A stretch of DNA of 64,000 bases. Origin: Chitinophagales bacterium. Lineage in GTDB: Bacteria > Bacteroidota > Bacteroidia > Chitinophagales > UBA8649. Positions 26,642 to 35,544 of the stretch are shown piece after piece. Each line of letters starts with the position of its first letter. The first letter of the stretch is position 1. The position numbers and the translations under genes were made by a program. The notes beneath the pieces are model-generated. The model did not search any database. It worked only from the letters and a program-made list of their open reading frames with translations, and had not been told where the DNA came from. The stretch spans positions 17,412 through 81,411 of the forward strand of contig JBMHCE010000040.1 in assembly GCA_049890075.1 (NCBI GenBank), in the 5' to 3' direction.

Positions 26642-28404
26642 TCGATAAGAAGCAAAAAAACAAAGCAAGTAAGCCCCTAGATCAGAGCTACTGGGGAATT
26701 GTAAAGCGAAAGTTTCGCAAGAATATCCCAGCAAGAATCTCACTAATACTGATCGCATTTATTGTGTTTGTAGGTGTCTTTGCTCCAATGCTTGCCAATG
26801 ATAGACCCATTATGGCTAAAACGACTGATGGAGAAATCCATTGGCCAGCTATTGCCTCATTTAAAGCCTCCTGGCAAGAAACCTTTGGAGGGAAAACTCC
26901 TTGCGACAAAAGCGAGGCTTGTGGCGACTCACTAAGTGTTTGTAAAGACCCCAATACCTGTGACTGGAAACAGTTGAGAGCAGATGGCAAACTAGAACGT
27001 CAAGTGTGGCCTCTTATTCCTTATTCGCCAAATGAAGCCGACCAGCTCAATGTGCAGTATAAGAGTCCAAAATGTTCAGAACAAGTACTTGGAGAAGAGA
27101 ATGGTAACCCAAAGGCTTGGAAATGCCACACAGCAGGAACTAATCTCAGGGGAGAAGACATGATGTCAAGACTGATTCATGGCTGTCGAATAGCAGTTCT
27201 AGTCGGTGTTGTTTCTATGGGAATCGCCTCTATAATAGGAATCTTAGTAGGTGCTATTGCAGGGTATTTTGGAGACAATCGTCTGAAGGTTAAGCGGATA
27301 GCCTTATTGTTAGCGATCCCCTTTATAGTCCTTCTGTTGTTTGCCCTGTTGTTATGGCTTCCTACCTTTTACCATCAAAAGCTAAACCCTGATCGCTTTT
27401 CCTCCTTAGCAGAGCTTCCCAGTGGGCTTGCCAGCCTTCTGCGGATAGTGCTTATTGCCTATACCTTTTTTATAGTCTTCTTAATTCCCAACATTTGGTA
27501 TTGGGTGCGGAATGGTCGCCCCTTCAAGTTGTTTCGACATATACCGGCAATCCAAACGTACTTCAGCGATGAAAACCATGGAAGCAAAAGATTTTGGTGG
27601 GCAATCAATCTCGTTTTCTTACCGGTCTTTGCCCTTTGGGTAGCCTCCTATTTCCAGTATGATGTAAACTCAACGACCTGTGCAAAGACTCCAGCCCAAG
27701 AAGGTGGATGGGCAAATTTTGGTAACATTTGTCAGTTATCGTCAATGATGGGTAAACTCAAGCTCTTGATTACAGGACTTATTGTTTTCTTACTCTTTCA
27801 AATACCTACTAAACTCGGTGGGCTCATTGCTGCACGATTTGACCGAGAACATTGGGTTAACGGAGAAGTGAATATCCCCGTTGATTTATGGATTTCTCGT
27901 GTTATAGAAGTGTTTATCTCTATTCCTCGATTACTGCTCATCTTGGCAGCGGTTGCCGTATACCAATCCGAAGATGGTGGTGGAGGAATCCTCCTTGTTA
28001 TGGCGGTTATCGGATTTACCACATGGACTCGCATTGCGCGCTTCATGCGTGGTGAGTTACTTCGCGTACGTAACCTTGAGTTTATCGAAGCCGCTCAGGC
28101 CCTTGGATTTAAAAACTTTAGAATCATACTGCGTCACGCATTACCTAATGCATTGACTTCAGTCTTGATTGCCATTGCCTTTGGCGTAGCTTCGGCAATT
28201 TTGATTGAGTCTTCTCTCTCCTTCCTAGGAATTGGTGTTGAGGCAGAAACCGCCACATGGGGTAAAATGTTAGCCGACTCAAGAGCGCATCCCGAGGGAT
28301 GGTGGCTCGCCGTTTTTCCTGGGGTTGCCATCTTCTTGACGGTAACTATGTTTAATCTATTAGGAGAAGGTTTGGCTTCGGCGCTTGATCCTAAATCGCG
28401 GTAG
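26638..28404 (+). CDS. OppC/DppC-type ABC permease with a 6-Cys periplasmic loop and a ~200-aa, 4-TM insertion
   Basis: ATGA overlap with the previous permease. Canonical elements: ISLILIAFIVFVGVFAPMLAND, GTNLRGEDMMSRLIHGCRIAVLVG, AGYFGD, VDLWISRVIEVFISIPRLLL, EFIEAAQALG and LPNALTSVL. The extra hydrophobic stretches lie between AGYFGD and VDLWISR. Confidence 0.85.
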   Translation: MIDKKQKNKASKPLDQSYWGIVKRKFRKNIPARISLILIAFIVFVGVFAPMLANDRPIMAKTTDGEIHWPAIASFKASWQETFGGKTPCDKSEACGDSLSVCKDPNTCDWKQLRADGKLERQVWPLIPYSPNEADQLNVQYKSPKCSEQVLGEENGNPKAWKCHTAGTNLRGEDMMSRLIHGCRIAVLVGVVSMGIASIIGILVGAIAGYFGDNRLKVKRIALLLAIPFIVLLLFALLLWLPTFYHQKLNPDRFSSLAELPSGLASLLRIVLIAYTFFIVFLIPNIWYWVRNGRPFKLFRHIPAIQTYFSDENHGSKRFWWAINLVFLPVFALWVASYFQYDVNSTTCAKTPAQEGGWANFGNICQLSSMMGKLKLLITGLIVFLLFQIPTKLGGLIAARFDREHWVNGEVNIPVDLWISRVIEVFISIPRLLLILAAVAVYQSEDGGGGILLVMAVIGFTTWTRIARFMRGELLRVRNLEFIEAAQALGFKNFRIILRHALPNALTSVLIAIAFGVASAILIESSLSFLGIGVEAETATWGKMLADSRAHPEGWWLAVFPGVAIFLTVTMFNLLGEGLASALDPKSR

Positions 28405-28406
28405 GG

Positions 28407-29393
28407 CTAATCCTTAAATTGCTGAATCAAGGATAAGACTTCCTTAAGCATCCCCTCTTCGGAAAGGGATGAATGGCTGATTGCCTTAAATGACTTTGCT
28501 ACGGCTGGATGTTCCCAAAATTGCTGAAGTAAGGCAGCTTCTGCAAGGCCACGAATTCTCGCTTTGCGTTGTCGATTGCGGCGAGTTTCTCTGAAGCCTC
28601 CCTCGAACTGGTGCTGAATAAACTGAGCAACTGAAGCGCTTAACTTGTCAAGGCCTGAGCCGTTATTGGCTGAAGTTTTTACAAGAGGAATATCCCATCC
28701 TGCAGATTCATGCTGATGTAATGACATGGCCTGCTTCCATTGGCGCATTACCTCACGAGTTAAGCTATCCTCTTGATCATCAATTTTGGTAAAAACTACG
28801 ATATCAGCGGTTTCAACAACCCCCCGTTTTATTCCTTGTAAGCCGTCTCCCGCCTCTGCCTGCGTGAGATAAAGCAAGGTATCCACTAAGTCGGCAATAG
28901 ACACTTCACTTTGGCCAACGCCTACAGACTCGATCCATAGTTCTTTGTAACCAACGAGATAGAGCAACTGCATTACTAAAGCAGTATTTCGATTAACCCC
29001 TCCTAAAGCGCCCGACGAGGGACTTGGTCTAACAAAGACGCGAGGATCGGTGGCGATGTCAGGCATTCGAGACTTATCACCTAAAATGCTACCGCCATGT
29101 CGATGACTGCTTGGATCAATGGTCAATATAGCCAGCTTGGATTGCGGATTGTTTGCCAAAAAATCTTGGGCCAAGGCATTAATGAGGGTGCTTTTCCCAA
29201 CACCTGGGCTCCCTGTGAAACCAAGCCGGTGGCAATCCGTATCAGGCGCGTTGGCTGACAGCCCCTGCATAACTTCCAAAGCGAATTCCCTGTGGTCTTG
29301 ACGTTGACTTTCTATATAGGAAATCGTCTTGCTTATTGCGGCACGATCCCCTTCTAAAAGTCGTATAATCCAATCTGAAACAGTATGCTGCAT
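28407..29393 (-). CDS. meaB: Methylmalonyl-CoA mutase-associated GTPase MeaB/ArgK
   Basis: Contains GFTGSPGVGKSTLI (P-loop), ESVGVGQSE and FTKIDD (NKxD-like). The real start is ATG 29393 (MQHTVSDWIIRLLEGDRAAISKTISYIES). The 418-aa ORF in the track is an upstream over-extension. Confidence 0.9.
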   Translation of the reverse strand: MQHTVSDWIIRLLEGDRAAISKTISYIESQRQDHREFALEVMQGLSANAPDTDCHRLGFTGSPGVGKSTLINALAQDFLANNPQSKLAILTIDPSSHRHGGSILGDKSRMPDIATDPRVFVRPSPSSGALGGVNRNTALVMQLLYLVGYKELWIESVGVGQSEVSIADLVDTLLYLTQAEAGDGLQGIKRGVVETADIVVFTKIDDQEDSLTREVMRQWKQAMSLHQHESAGWDIPLVKTSANNGSGLDKLSASVAQFIQHQFEGGFRETRRNRQRKARIRGLAEAALLQQFWEHPAVAKSFKAISHSSLSEEGMLKEVLSLIQQFKD

Positions 29394-29520
29394 AGGTTGT
29401 ATTCCTTTAGTAAAGGTCGCTTTTTTACACCAAACCTCTATTCCAGCTCTTGTAGCCTGAAAAATCAAGCTTACCTGAAAGTGTATTTTCACCTTATAAA
29501 ATCTTTGAAAAACAATAGTT

Positions 29521-30279
29521 ATGGGCAAACGAAGCGTTCTAATTACTGGAGCAACCGCTGGCATTGGTGCCGCGTGTGCTACAACACTAGCTGCTAATGG
29601 ATATGATGTTATCCTAACAGGCCGTCGGGAGAAACGACTTGCTGCCCTGAGGGAAGAAATCACAAAGCTCTACAATATCAATTGTACCACGCTAGCCTTT
29701 GACGTCCAAGATCGTAAAGCAACATTGGAGGCGATCAACTCCTTACCGGATTCCTGTGCAATTGACGCTGTAATCAATAACGCAGGCCTTGCGCTTGGTA
29801 AAGGACCTTTCCAAGAAAGCCAACCTGAGGACTGGGACACGATGCTTTCCACCAATGTGACAGGACTTCTTACCGTAACCCATGGCATTATTTACAAACT
29901 CAAAGAGTCTGACCACCCCCATATCATAAACATAGCCTCCATAGCAGGTATGGAATCCTACGCCGGAGGGCATGTCTACTGCGCCACAAAGGCTGCCGTG
30001 CGATCATTAACAAAATCCTTGCGTATCGATCTTCTGCCCCTAGGTATAAAAGTAAGTGCCGTTTCACCTGGCATGGTGGAAACCGAGTTTTCAGAAGTTC
30101 GTTTTAAAGGCGATAAAGAATTGGCTCAAAAGGTATATCATGGATTTCAGCCTTTAGTAGCTGAAGATGTAGCAGATGTGGTTCTCTACCTACTCAGTTT
30201 GCCCAAGCATGTCTGTCTAAATGAAGTGGTCATGACAGCCACTGCACAAGCTAATGCTTACCATACCATCAAGGACTGA
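29521..30279 (+). CDS. Short-chain dehydrogenase/reductase, YdfG-like (NADP-dependent 3-hydroxy-acid dehydrogenase type)
   Basis: Contains ITGATAGIGAA (TGxxxGxG), NNAG and YCATKAA (YxxxK). Confidence 0.9.
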   Translation: MGKRSVLITGATAGIGAACATTLAANGYDVILTGRREKRLAALREEITKLYNINCTTLAFDVQDRKATLEAINSLPDSCAIDAVINNAGLALGKGPFQESQPEDWDTMLSTNVTGLLTVTHGIIYKLKESDHPHIINIASIAGMESYAGGHVYCATKAAVRSLTKSLRIDLLPLGIKVSAVSPGMVETEFSEVRFKGDKELAQKVYHGFQPLVAEDVADVVLYLLSLPKHVCLNEVVMTATAQANAYHTIKD

Positions 30280-30280
30280 T

Positions 30281-32293
30281 TTACTCTCCGCCTAAAATTT
30301 CAATAGCGGCTTCTGCAAGCTTAGTACCCGGACCAAAAACCAAGGCAACCCCTGCGTCATACAACGCCTGATAATCCTTCGAAGGAATAACGCCACCGGC
30401 AATCACCTTAATCTCATCGCCACCCTGCTGCCTTAGAATCTCTATAAGTTCCGGAATCAAGGTTTTATGTCCACCCGCCAAACTACTTACCCCTAAGAAG
30501 TGCACATCATTATCAATGGCTTGACGAGCCGCTTCTTCTGGGGTTTGGAACAACGGACCAACATCCACATCAAATCCTAAGTCAGCAAACCCTGTGGCAA
30601 TCACCTTTGCCCCTCGATCATGGCCATCTTGTCCCATTTTACAGATGAGAATTCTGGGTTGCCTACCCGCTTCTTTTGCAAATTGCAATACCGTTTCACG
30701 GGCTTTTTGAAAGCTCTCCTTACTTGTCATTTGCTTTGCATATACCCCTGAAATTAGGGCACTTTGCGGAGTATATCTCGTAAATGATGATTCCATGGCC
30801 TCGGAAATCTCTCCCAAAGTTGCCCTACGGCGTGCAGCCTCTACTGCCAATTCCAATAAGTTTTTCCCATCATCACAGGCCTTGCGTATAGCATCGAGAA
30901 TATGGTTAACCGCTTCTTGATTCCGACTATCTTTTATCTGTTGTAAGCGAGATACCTGACCTTGTCTTACACTAACAGCATCAACAGAGAGCACATCAAA
31001 GGATTCTTGTGAACGCGCAGTAGTAAAGGCATTAACACCAATAATCTTATCCTCTCCCGCATCAATTCGAGCTTGCTTTTCTGCCGCAGATGCTTCAATT
31101 CGTTGTTTTGGAATGCCTTGTTCAATGGCTTTTGTCATTCCACCTGCCGCTTCAATTTCGTCGATTAAGGCATTGGCCTCGGCCATCAAGGCTTCTGTTC
31201 TTTCTTCGATTACCGTGCTTCCACCAAGACCATCGATAAACTGCAACAGACCGTGGTCTGATTGCAATTGTTTTTGTGTGTTTCTTGCAATTTCTGCAGA
31301 GAAAGGGGTTGGTAAGGCGATGGCCTCGTCAAACGAATTGGTATGAAGTGATTGCGTTCCGCCAAACAATGCAGCCAGCGCTTCGATGGTCGTCCGCCCG
31401 ATATTATTGTAGGGATCTTGTTCGGTCAGGCTCCATCCTGAAGTCTGACAATGCGTTCTTAAAAGCATCGATTTACTATTCTTTGGATCAAAGGCTTTAA
31501 CACGCTGTGCCCAAATCTCACGTCCTGCTCGAAGCTTAGCCACTTCGCTGACAAAGTCCATTCCTATTCCCCAGAAAAAGGAAAGTCTTGGCGCAAAGGC
31601 GTCAATGTCTAGTCCAGCCTCAAGTCCTGTTCGAATGTATTCTAGACCATCTGCAATGGTGTAAGCTAATTCAAGGGCTGTGCTAGCACCTGCTTCTTGC
31701 ATGTGATATCCAGAAATAGATATAGAGTTAAACTTCGGCATATGGGCCGACGTATATTGAAAGATATCCGAGATAATGCGCATGCTTGGACGGGGCGGAT
31801 AGATATAGGTGTTACGCACCATAAACTCTTTCAGAATATCATTTTGGATGGTACCTGCAAGCTTGGCTTGGTCAACACCACTTTCCTCAGCAGCGACGAT
31901 ATAAAATGCCATGATCGGAATCACCGCACCATTCATTGTCATCGACACCGACATCGTATCAAGAGGAATTCCATCAAACAATATTTTCATGTCCTCCACA
32001 GTATCAATGGCTACTCCCGCCATACCTACATCGCCCGAAACTCTTGGGTGGTCTGAATCATATCCTCGGTGAGTGGGTAAGTCAAAGGCTACAGACAGTC
32101 CCTTTTGTCCAGCCGCTAAATTTTTTATGTAAAAGGCATTCGATGCTTCGGCTGTAGAAAACCCAGCATACTGACGGATTGTCCAAGGTCGACCCAAATA
32201 CATTGATGCATAAGGACCTCTACGATAAGGAAAAATGCCAGGAGCCTGTAATCTATTGGTCATTGGGCAGAGAGGGTTTAGTATTGGCAACAT
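30281..32293 (-). CDS. mutB: Methylmalonyl-CoA mutase, large (catalytic, B12-binding) subunit
   Basis: Contains [73 protein letters not shown]. The C-terminal cobalamin domain has GQDGHDRG (DxHxxG). The start is ambiguous: ATG 32293, or ATG 32263 (MTNRLQAPG). Confidence 0.95.
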   Translation of the reverse strand: MLPILNPLCPMTNRLQAPGIFPYRRGPYASMYLGRPWTIRQYAGFSTAEASNAFYIKNLAAGQKGLSVAFDLPTHRGYDSDHPRVSGDVGMAGVAIDTVEDMKILFDGIPLDTMSVSMTMNGAVIPIMAFYIVAAEESGVDQAKLAGTIQNDILKEFMVRNTYIYPPRPSMRIISDIFQYTSAHMPKFNSISISGYHMQEAGASTALELAYTIADGLEYIRTGLEAGLDIDAFAPRLSFFWGIGMDFVSEVAKLRAGREIWAQRVKAFDPKNSKSMLLRTHCQTSGWSLTEQDPYNNIGRTTIEALAALFGGTQSLHTNSFDEAIALPTPFSAEIARNTQKQLQSDHGLLQFIDGLGGSTVIEERTEALMAEANALIDEIEAAGGMTKAIEQGIPKQRIEASAAEKQARIDAGEDKIIGVNAFTTARSQESFDVLSVDAVSVRQGQVSRLQQIKDSRNQEAVNHILDAIRKACDDGKNLLELAVEAARRRATLGEISEAMESSFTRYTPQSALISGVYAKQMTSKESFQKARETVLQFAKEAGRQPRILICKMGQDGHDRGAKVIATGFADLGFDVDVGPLFQTPEEAARQAIDNDVHFLGVSSLAGGHKTLIPELIEILRQQGGDEIKVIAGGVIPSKDYQALYDAGVALVFGPGTKLAEAAIEILGGE

Positions 32294-33242
32294 GGATTAA
32301 ATCCCATACTAAGGAGTCCACAGTATGACTGCCTGTCAAAATATCTGGCCACTGGCTGAGGTTTGACTCATGCCTCAACAGCAATTGAATGTTTCGAGCA
32401 AGTCGTCTAAAATTCGCGTCATTACGCCAGCGCGTTGGACAGAGTCGTAACAACTTTGCTCCAGAAAGGATTGAAGAGAGGGCCATTACCGAAGAACGAA
32501 TCAAGGCATCCTCTTGACGAATACCCTCGAAGTCTTTGTCTAAGGCGTATTGATGGATTACAAGGCTTTCCTCGCCAAAGGTTTCTTTAGCCAAATAGAG
32601 AAGCGCTCGATTCCATGAAGCATTCCGATAGAATTCTAGGTCGATGGGTCGGTCGAGAATGATTCGGCCGTGTTTGTCTAACATCTTACTTACAACTGAC
32701 CATGTTGAGGCAAAGGAATTCCTCCCACCTAAAGCGGTCTCTAGGACCAATGCCGGCCATACATTGTCGGAAAATGTATCGCTATCCGTGACTACACTAT
32801 CCCGAGTTACAGCGTATGAACCTGACCACACGCCATAATGTTGACTGAGCTTTTGAGCAAATTGCTCACTAAGCCCACCTCCTTCATCTCTTAGGTGAAG
32901 TTGAATGTGCGGAAGGGAAACTTCTTCTAGAAAGGCAAGAGAATTTTCTTCATTCAAGTGAATCGTAGGCGATTCAAGGCCCGTCATTAAGTCTTCAAGA
33001 AGTGTTCTGTTAAGCAATCCGTTATCCCCTTCTTTATAGTCATCTCCTATGGACCATTCATTGGTTGACAATTCCCCTAATGAGGATACAGCGTCATTAG
33101 ATAATCCTAGAGTCTTGGTCTGCCAGTCGGTATCCATGGTGATGTTCTGACGATTGTTTGCATCTCCCTTTAACTCTTTGTCTGCTCTCGCAAACCACTG
33201 GGAAAACAAATCAGATTGAACAGAAGGATCTTTGCGGTCCAT
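32253..33242 (-). CDS. Short methylmalonyl-CoA-mutase-family paralogue (MutA/beta-subunit-like, barrel part only, no B12 domain)
   Basis: It aligns to mutB in this same window: [18 protein letters not shown] with [18 protein letters not shown], and [30 protein letters not shown] with [30 protein letters not shown]. It overlaps the mutB start. It has no DxHxxG motif. Confidence 0.7.
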   Translation of the reverse strand: MDRKDPSVQSDLFSQWFARADKELKGDANNRQNITMDTDWQTKTLGLSNDAVSSLGELSTNEWSIGDDYKEGDNGLLNRTLLEDLMTGLESPTIHLNEENSLAFLEEVSLPHIQLHLRDEGGGLSEQFAQKLSQHYGVWSGSYAVTRDSVVTDSDTFSDNVWPALVLETALGGRNSFASTWSVVSKMLDKHGRIILDRPIDLEFYRNASWNRALLYLAKETFGEESLVIHQYALDKDFEGIRQEDALIRSSVMALSSILSGAKLLRLCPTRWRNDANFRRLARNIQLLLRHESNLSQWPDILTGSHTVDSLVWDLIHVANTKPSLPNDQ

Positions 33243-33280
33243 ACCTTGAATTTAACACTATCTTTACTGAAAATCGGTGT

Positions 33281-34063
33281 ATGAGTATGGATGTACTGCG
33301 AATTGAACAACAGGGAAATGTAAAAGTGATCACCTTAAATCGGCCCAAAAGCTTGAATGCGCTTAACAAAGAAGTGATCCAAGCCCTCGAAGACTCTTTT
33401 CTATCGATTGAGGAAGATGCTTCCGTTCAAGGAGTTATTCTAACCGGAGAAGGCGAAAGAGCATTTGCCGCAGGGGCAGACATTACCGAATTTCAAAATC
33501 TTGAAGCAAAAGACGGCGAGGCATTCGCTGTAAAGGGGCAGGGGGTATTTTCTCTAATTGAGCAATGTACAAAGCCTGTTATTGCCGTAGTCAATGGATT
33601 TGCCTTGGGGGGAGGGTGTGAACTCGCCATGGCTTGCCATATGCGAATTGCTACCTCCAATGCCAAGTTTGGCCAACCCGAAGTAAATCTTGGATTGATT
33701 CCTGGCTACGGTGGAAGTCAACGCCTATTGCATCTTATTGGAAAGGGTAAGGGCCTGGAGTACCTTATGACGGCTGAAATCATTCCCGCCTCGACCGCAT
33801 TGTCGCTAGGACTAGTCAATTACGTCGAAGAAGATAAAGCTGCTGCGATGGATAAAGCACAATCACTGTTAGCCACCATTGCTACGAAGGCACCTCTTGC
33901 CATAGGCCATGTGATTCAATGTGCTAATGCGGTCTATGATGAGCGCCTTAATGGCTACCATGAAGAAGCCAAACGATTTGGCGCATGCACGGCGACAGAA
34001 GATTTTAAAGAAGGAGCTTCCGCCTTTTTAGAAAAAAGAAAAGCCTCATTTAAGGGACAATAA
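33281..34063 (+). CDS. Enoyl-CoA hydratase/isomerase (crotonase) family protein
   Basis: Contains NRPKSLNALN and VIAVVNGFALGGGCELAMACHMRIA..AKFGQPEVNLGLIPGYGGSQRL, so both crotonase catalytic Glu positions are present. The ORF track uses an upstream start at 33158 that overlaps the divergent gene. I prefer ATG 33281. Confidence 0.9.
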   Translation: MSMDVLRIEQQGNVKVITLNRPKSLNALNKEVIQALEDSFLSIEEDASVQGVILTGEGERAFAAGADITEFQNLEAKDGEAFAVKGQGVFSLIEQCTKPVIAVVNGFALGGGCELAMACHMRIATSNAKFGQPEVNLGLIPGYGGSQRLLHLIGKGKGLEYLMTAEIIPASTALSLGLVNYVEEDKAAAMDKAQSLLATIATKAPLAIGHVIQCANAVYDERLNGYHEEAKRFGACTATEDFKEGASAFLEKRKASFKGQ

Positions 34064-34083
34064 ATCATTAAGACCTACAGATC

Positions 34084-35478
34084 ATGAGTGAATATCGCAT
34101 TGAAAAAGATACCATTGGAGAAGTACACGTAGAAGCTGATAAGTTTTGGGGACCCCAAACCCAACGTTCAATTAGCAATTTTCCTATCGGCAGAGGAATC
34201 AATACTATGCCTATTGAAATCATACGAGCTTTTGCCGTCTTAAAAAAAGCAGCAGCCATTACAAATGCTGAAATCGGGGGACTGGATCAAGAAAAATGCG
34301 AAGGAATCGGAAAAGCATGCGACGAGATTTTAAGTGGCCGTCTAGATGATCAATTTCCTCTTGTTGTTTGGCAAACCGGTTCGGGAACACAATCCAATAT
34401 GAATGTCAACGAAGTCGTAGCGAATTGGGCCCACGTTCATCGCGGAGGGAAGCTCACCGATAAAGAAAAATTTATTCACCCCAATGATGACGTCAATAAA
34501 TCCCAATCATCCAACGACACCTTCCCTACGGCTATGCATATTGCATGCTACAGCCTTTTAATGGAAGTCACCATCCCAGGGCTTGTCGAACTGCGTAACG
34601 CCCTTCAAGAAAAGGTGGAAGCATTTAAAGACGTCGTTAAAATCGGCCGAACCCACTTTATGGATGCCACTCCTGTTACGTTAGGACAGGAATTCTCAGG
34701 CTACGTTTCCCAGTTAAACCATGGGTTAATCGCCTTGGAAAACGCAATGGATCATCTTACGGAATTAGCTCTTGGAGGGACCGCCGTAGGAACAGGCATC
34801 AATACGCCAAAAGGGTATGCAGAGCGAGTAGCAGATGTAATCGCCGAATTGACCGGCCTTCCCTTTGTTACCGCTGAAAACAAATTTGAAGCGCTTGCTG
34901 CTCATGATGCGCTTGTGGAGGCTCATGGTGCATTAAAAACAATTGCTGTAAGCTTAATGAAAATTGGAAACGACATCCGCATGCTCTCGTCAGGACCACG
35001 CTCAGGTATTGGTGAAATCACCATACCTGCCAATGAGCCAGGTTCTTCCATTATGCCCGGCAAAGTTAATCCAACCCAATCTGAAGCATTAACTATGGTG
35101 TCTGCTCAGGTGTTGGGTAACGACGTTGCCCTTAACATCGGGGGGTCCAATGGGCATTTTGAGCTCAATGTCTTTAAGCCAATGATGGTTTACAATTTCT
35201 TGCATTCTGCACGGCTAATTGGTGATGCCGCATCGTCGTTTGCGAAGAATTGCGTCGAAGGCATTCAACCGAATCATAACCGAATTGAGGAGCACCTTAA
35301 CAACTCGCTAATGCTTGTGACCGCGCTCAACCCACACATCGGATATTACAAGGCAGCCGAAATTGCTAATAAAGCGCATACCGAGGGAAGCACGCTCAAG
35401 GAAGCGGCTATGGCGCTTGGATACCTGAGTTCCGAAGAATACGACGCCTGGGTTGATCCATCTAAAATGATCGGTTAA
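34084..35478 (+). CDS. fumC: Class II fumarate hydratase
   Basis: Contains the [13 protein letters not shown] signature, [16 protein letters not shown] and SSNDTFPTA. Confidence 0.97.
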   Translation: MSEYRIEKDTIGEVHVEADKFWGPQTQRSISNFPIGRGINTMPIEIIRAFAVLKKAAAITNAEIGGLDQEKCEGIGKACDEILSGRLDDQFPLVVWQTGSGTQSNMNVNEVVANWAHVHRGGKLTDKEKFIHPNDDVNKSQSSNDTFPTAMHIACYSLLMEVTIPGLVELRNALQEKVEAFKDVVKIGRTHFMDATPVTLGQEFSGYVSQLNHGLIALENAMDHLTELALGGTAVGTGINTPKGYAERVADVIAELTGLPFVTAENKFEALAAHDALVEAHGALKTIAVSLMKIGNDIRMLSSGPRSGIGEITIPANEPGSSIMPGKVNPTQSEALTMVSAQVLGNDVALNIGGSNGHFELNVFKPMMVYNFLHSARLIGDAASSFAKNCVEGIQPNHNRIEEHLNNSLMLVTALNPHIGYYKAAEIANKAHTEGSTLKEAAMALGYLSSEEYDAWVDPSKMIG

Positions 35479-35544
35479 GAAGAGGAGAGTATCTGGTTTT
35501 TTACAGAATAGCAACTATTGCTTATCTTACTAGAAACTAGAACT

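Noticed and set aside
29394-29663. The 418-aa version of the meaB ORF in the track adds a 90-aa N-terminal extension.
   Set aside because: The extension (MISSLRAASRFSRRPVRITS...) has no MeaB similarity and overlaps the start of the divergent SDR gene (29521). The conserved MeaB N-terminus begins at MQHTVSDWIIRLLEGDR (ATG 29393).
31697-32056. A 119-aa His/Arg-rich ORF on the + strand inside mutB.
   Set aside because: It is antisense to a highly conserved coding region. Its low-complexity HRH composition is what the reverse frame of a conserved gene typically yields, and it has no start context or motif.
33158-33280. The crotonase ORF in the track has an upstream start that overlaps the mutA-like gene.
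   Set aside because: The crotonase fold starts at MSMDVLRIEQQGNVKVITLNRP. The extra 41 aa overlap the opposite-strand gene and look like translated non-coding or antisense sequence.
33281-34063. I considered whether the crotonase next to the mutase cluster is a ScpB/YgfG-like methylmalonyl-CoA decarboxylase, by analogy with the E. coli scpA-argK-scpB operon.
   Set aside because: Both catalytic Glu positions of true enoyl-CoA hydratases are present (GGGCELAM and FGQPEVNLG), which fits a hydratase better than the decarboxylase subgroup. The gene is also divergently transcribed rather than in the operon. Only biochemistry or phylogeny could settle it.
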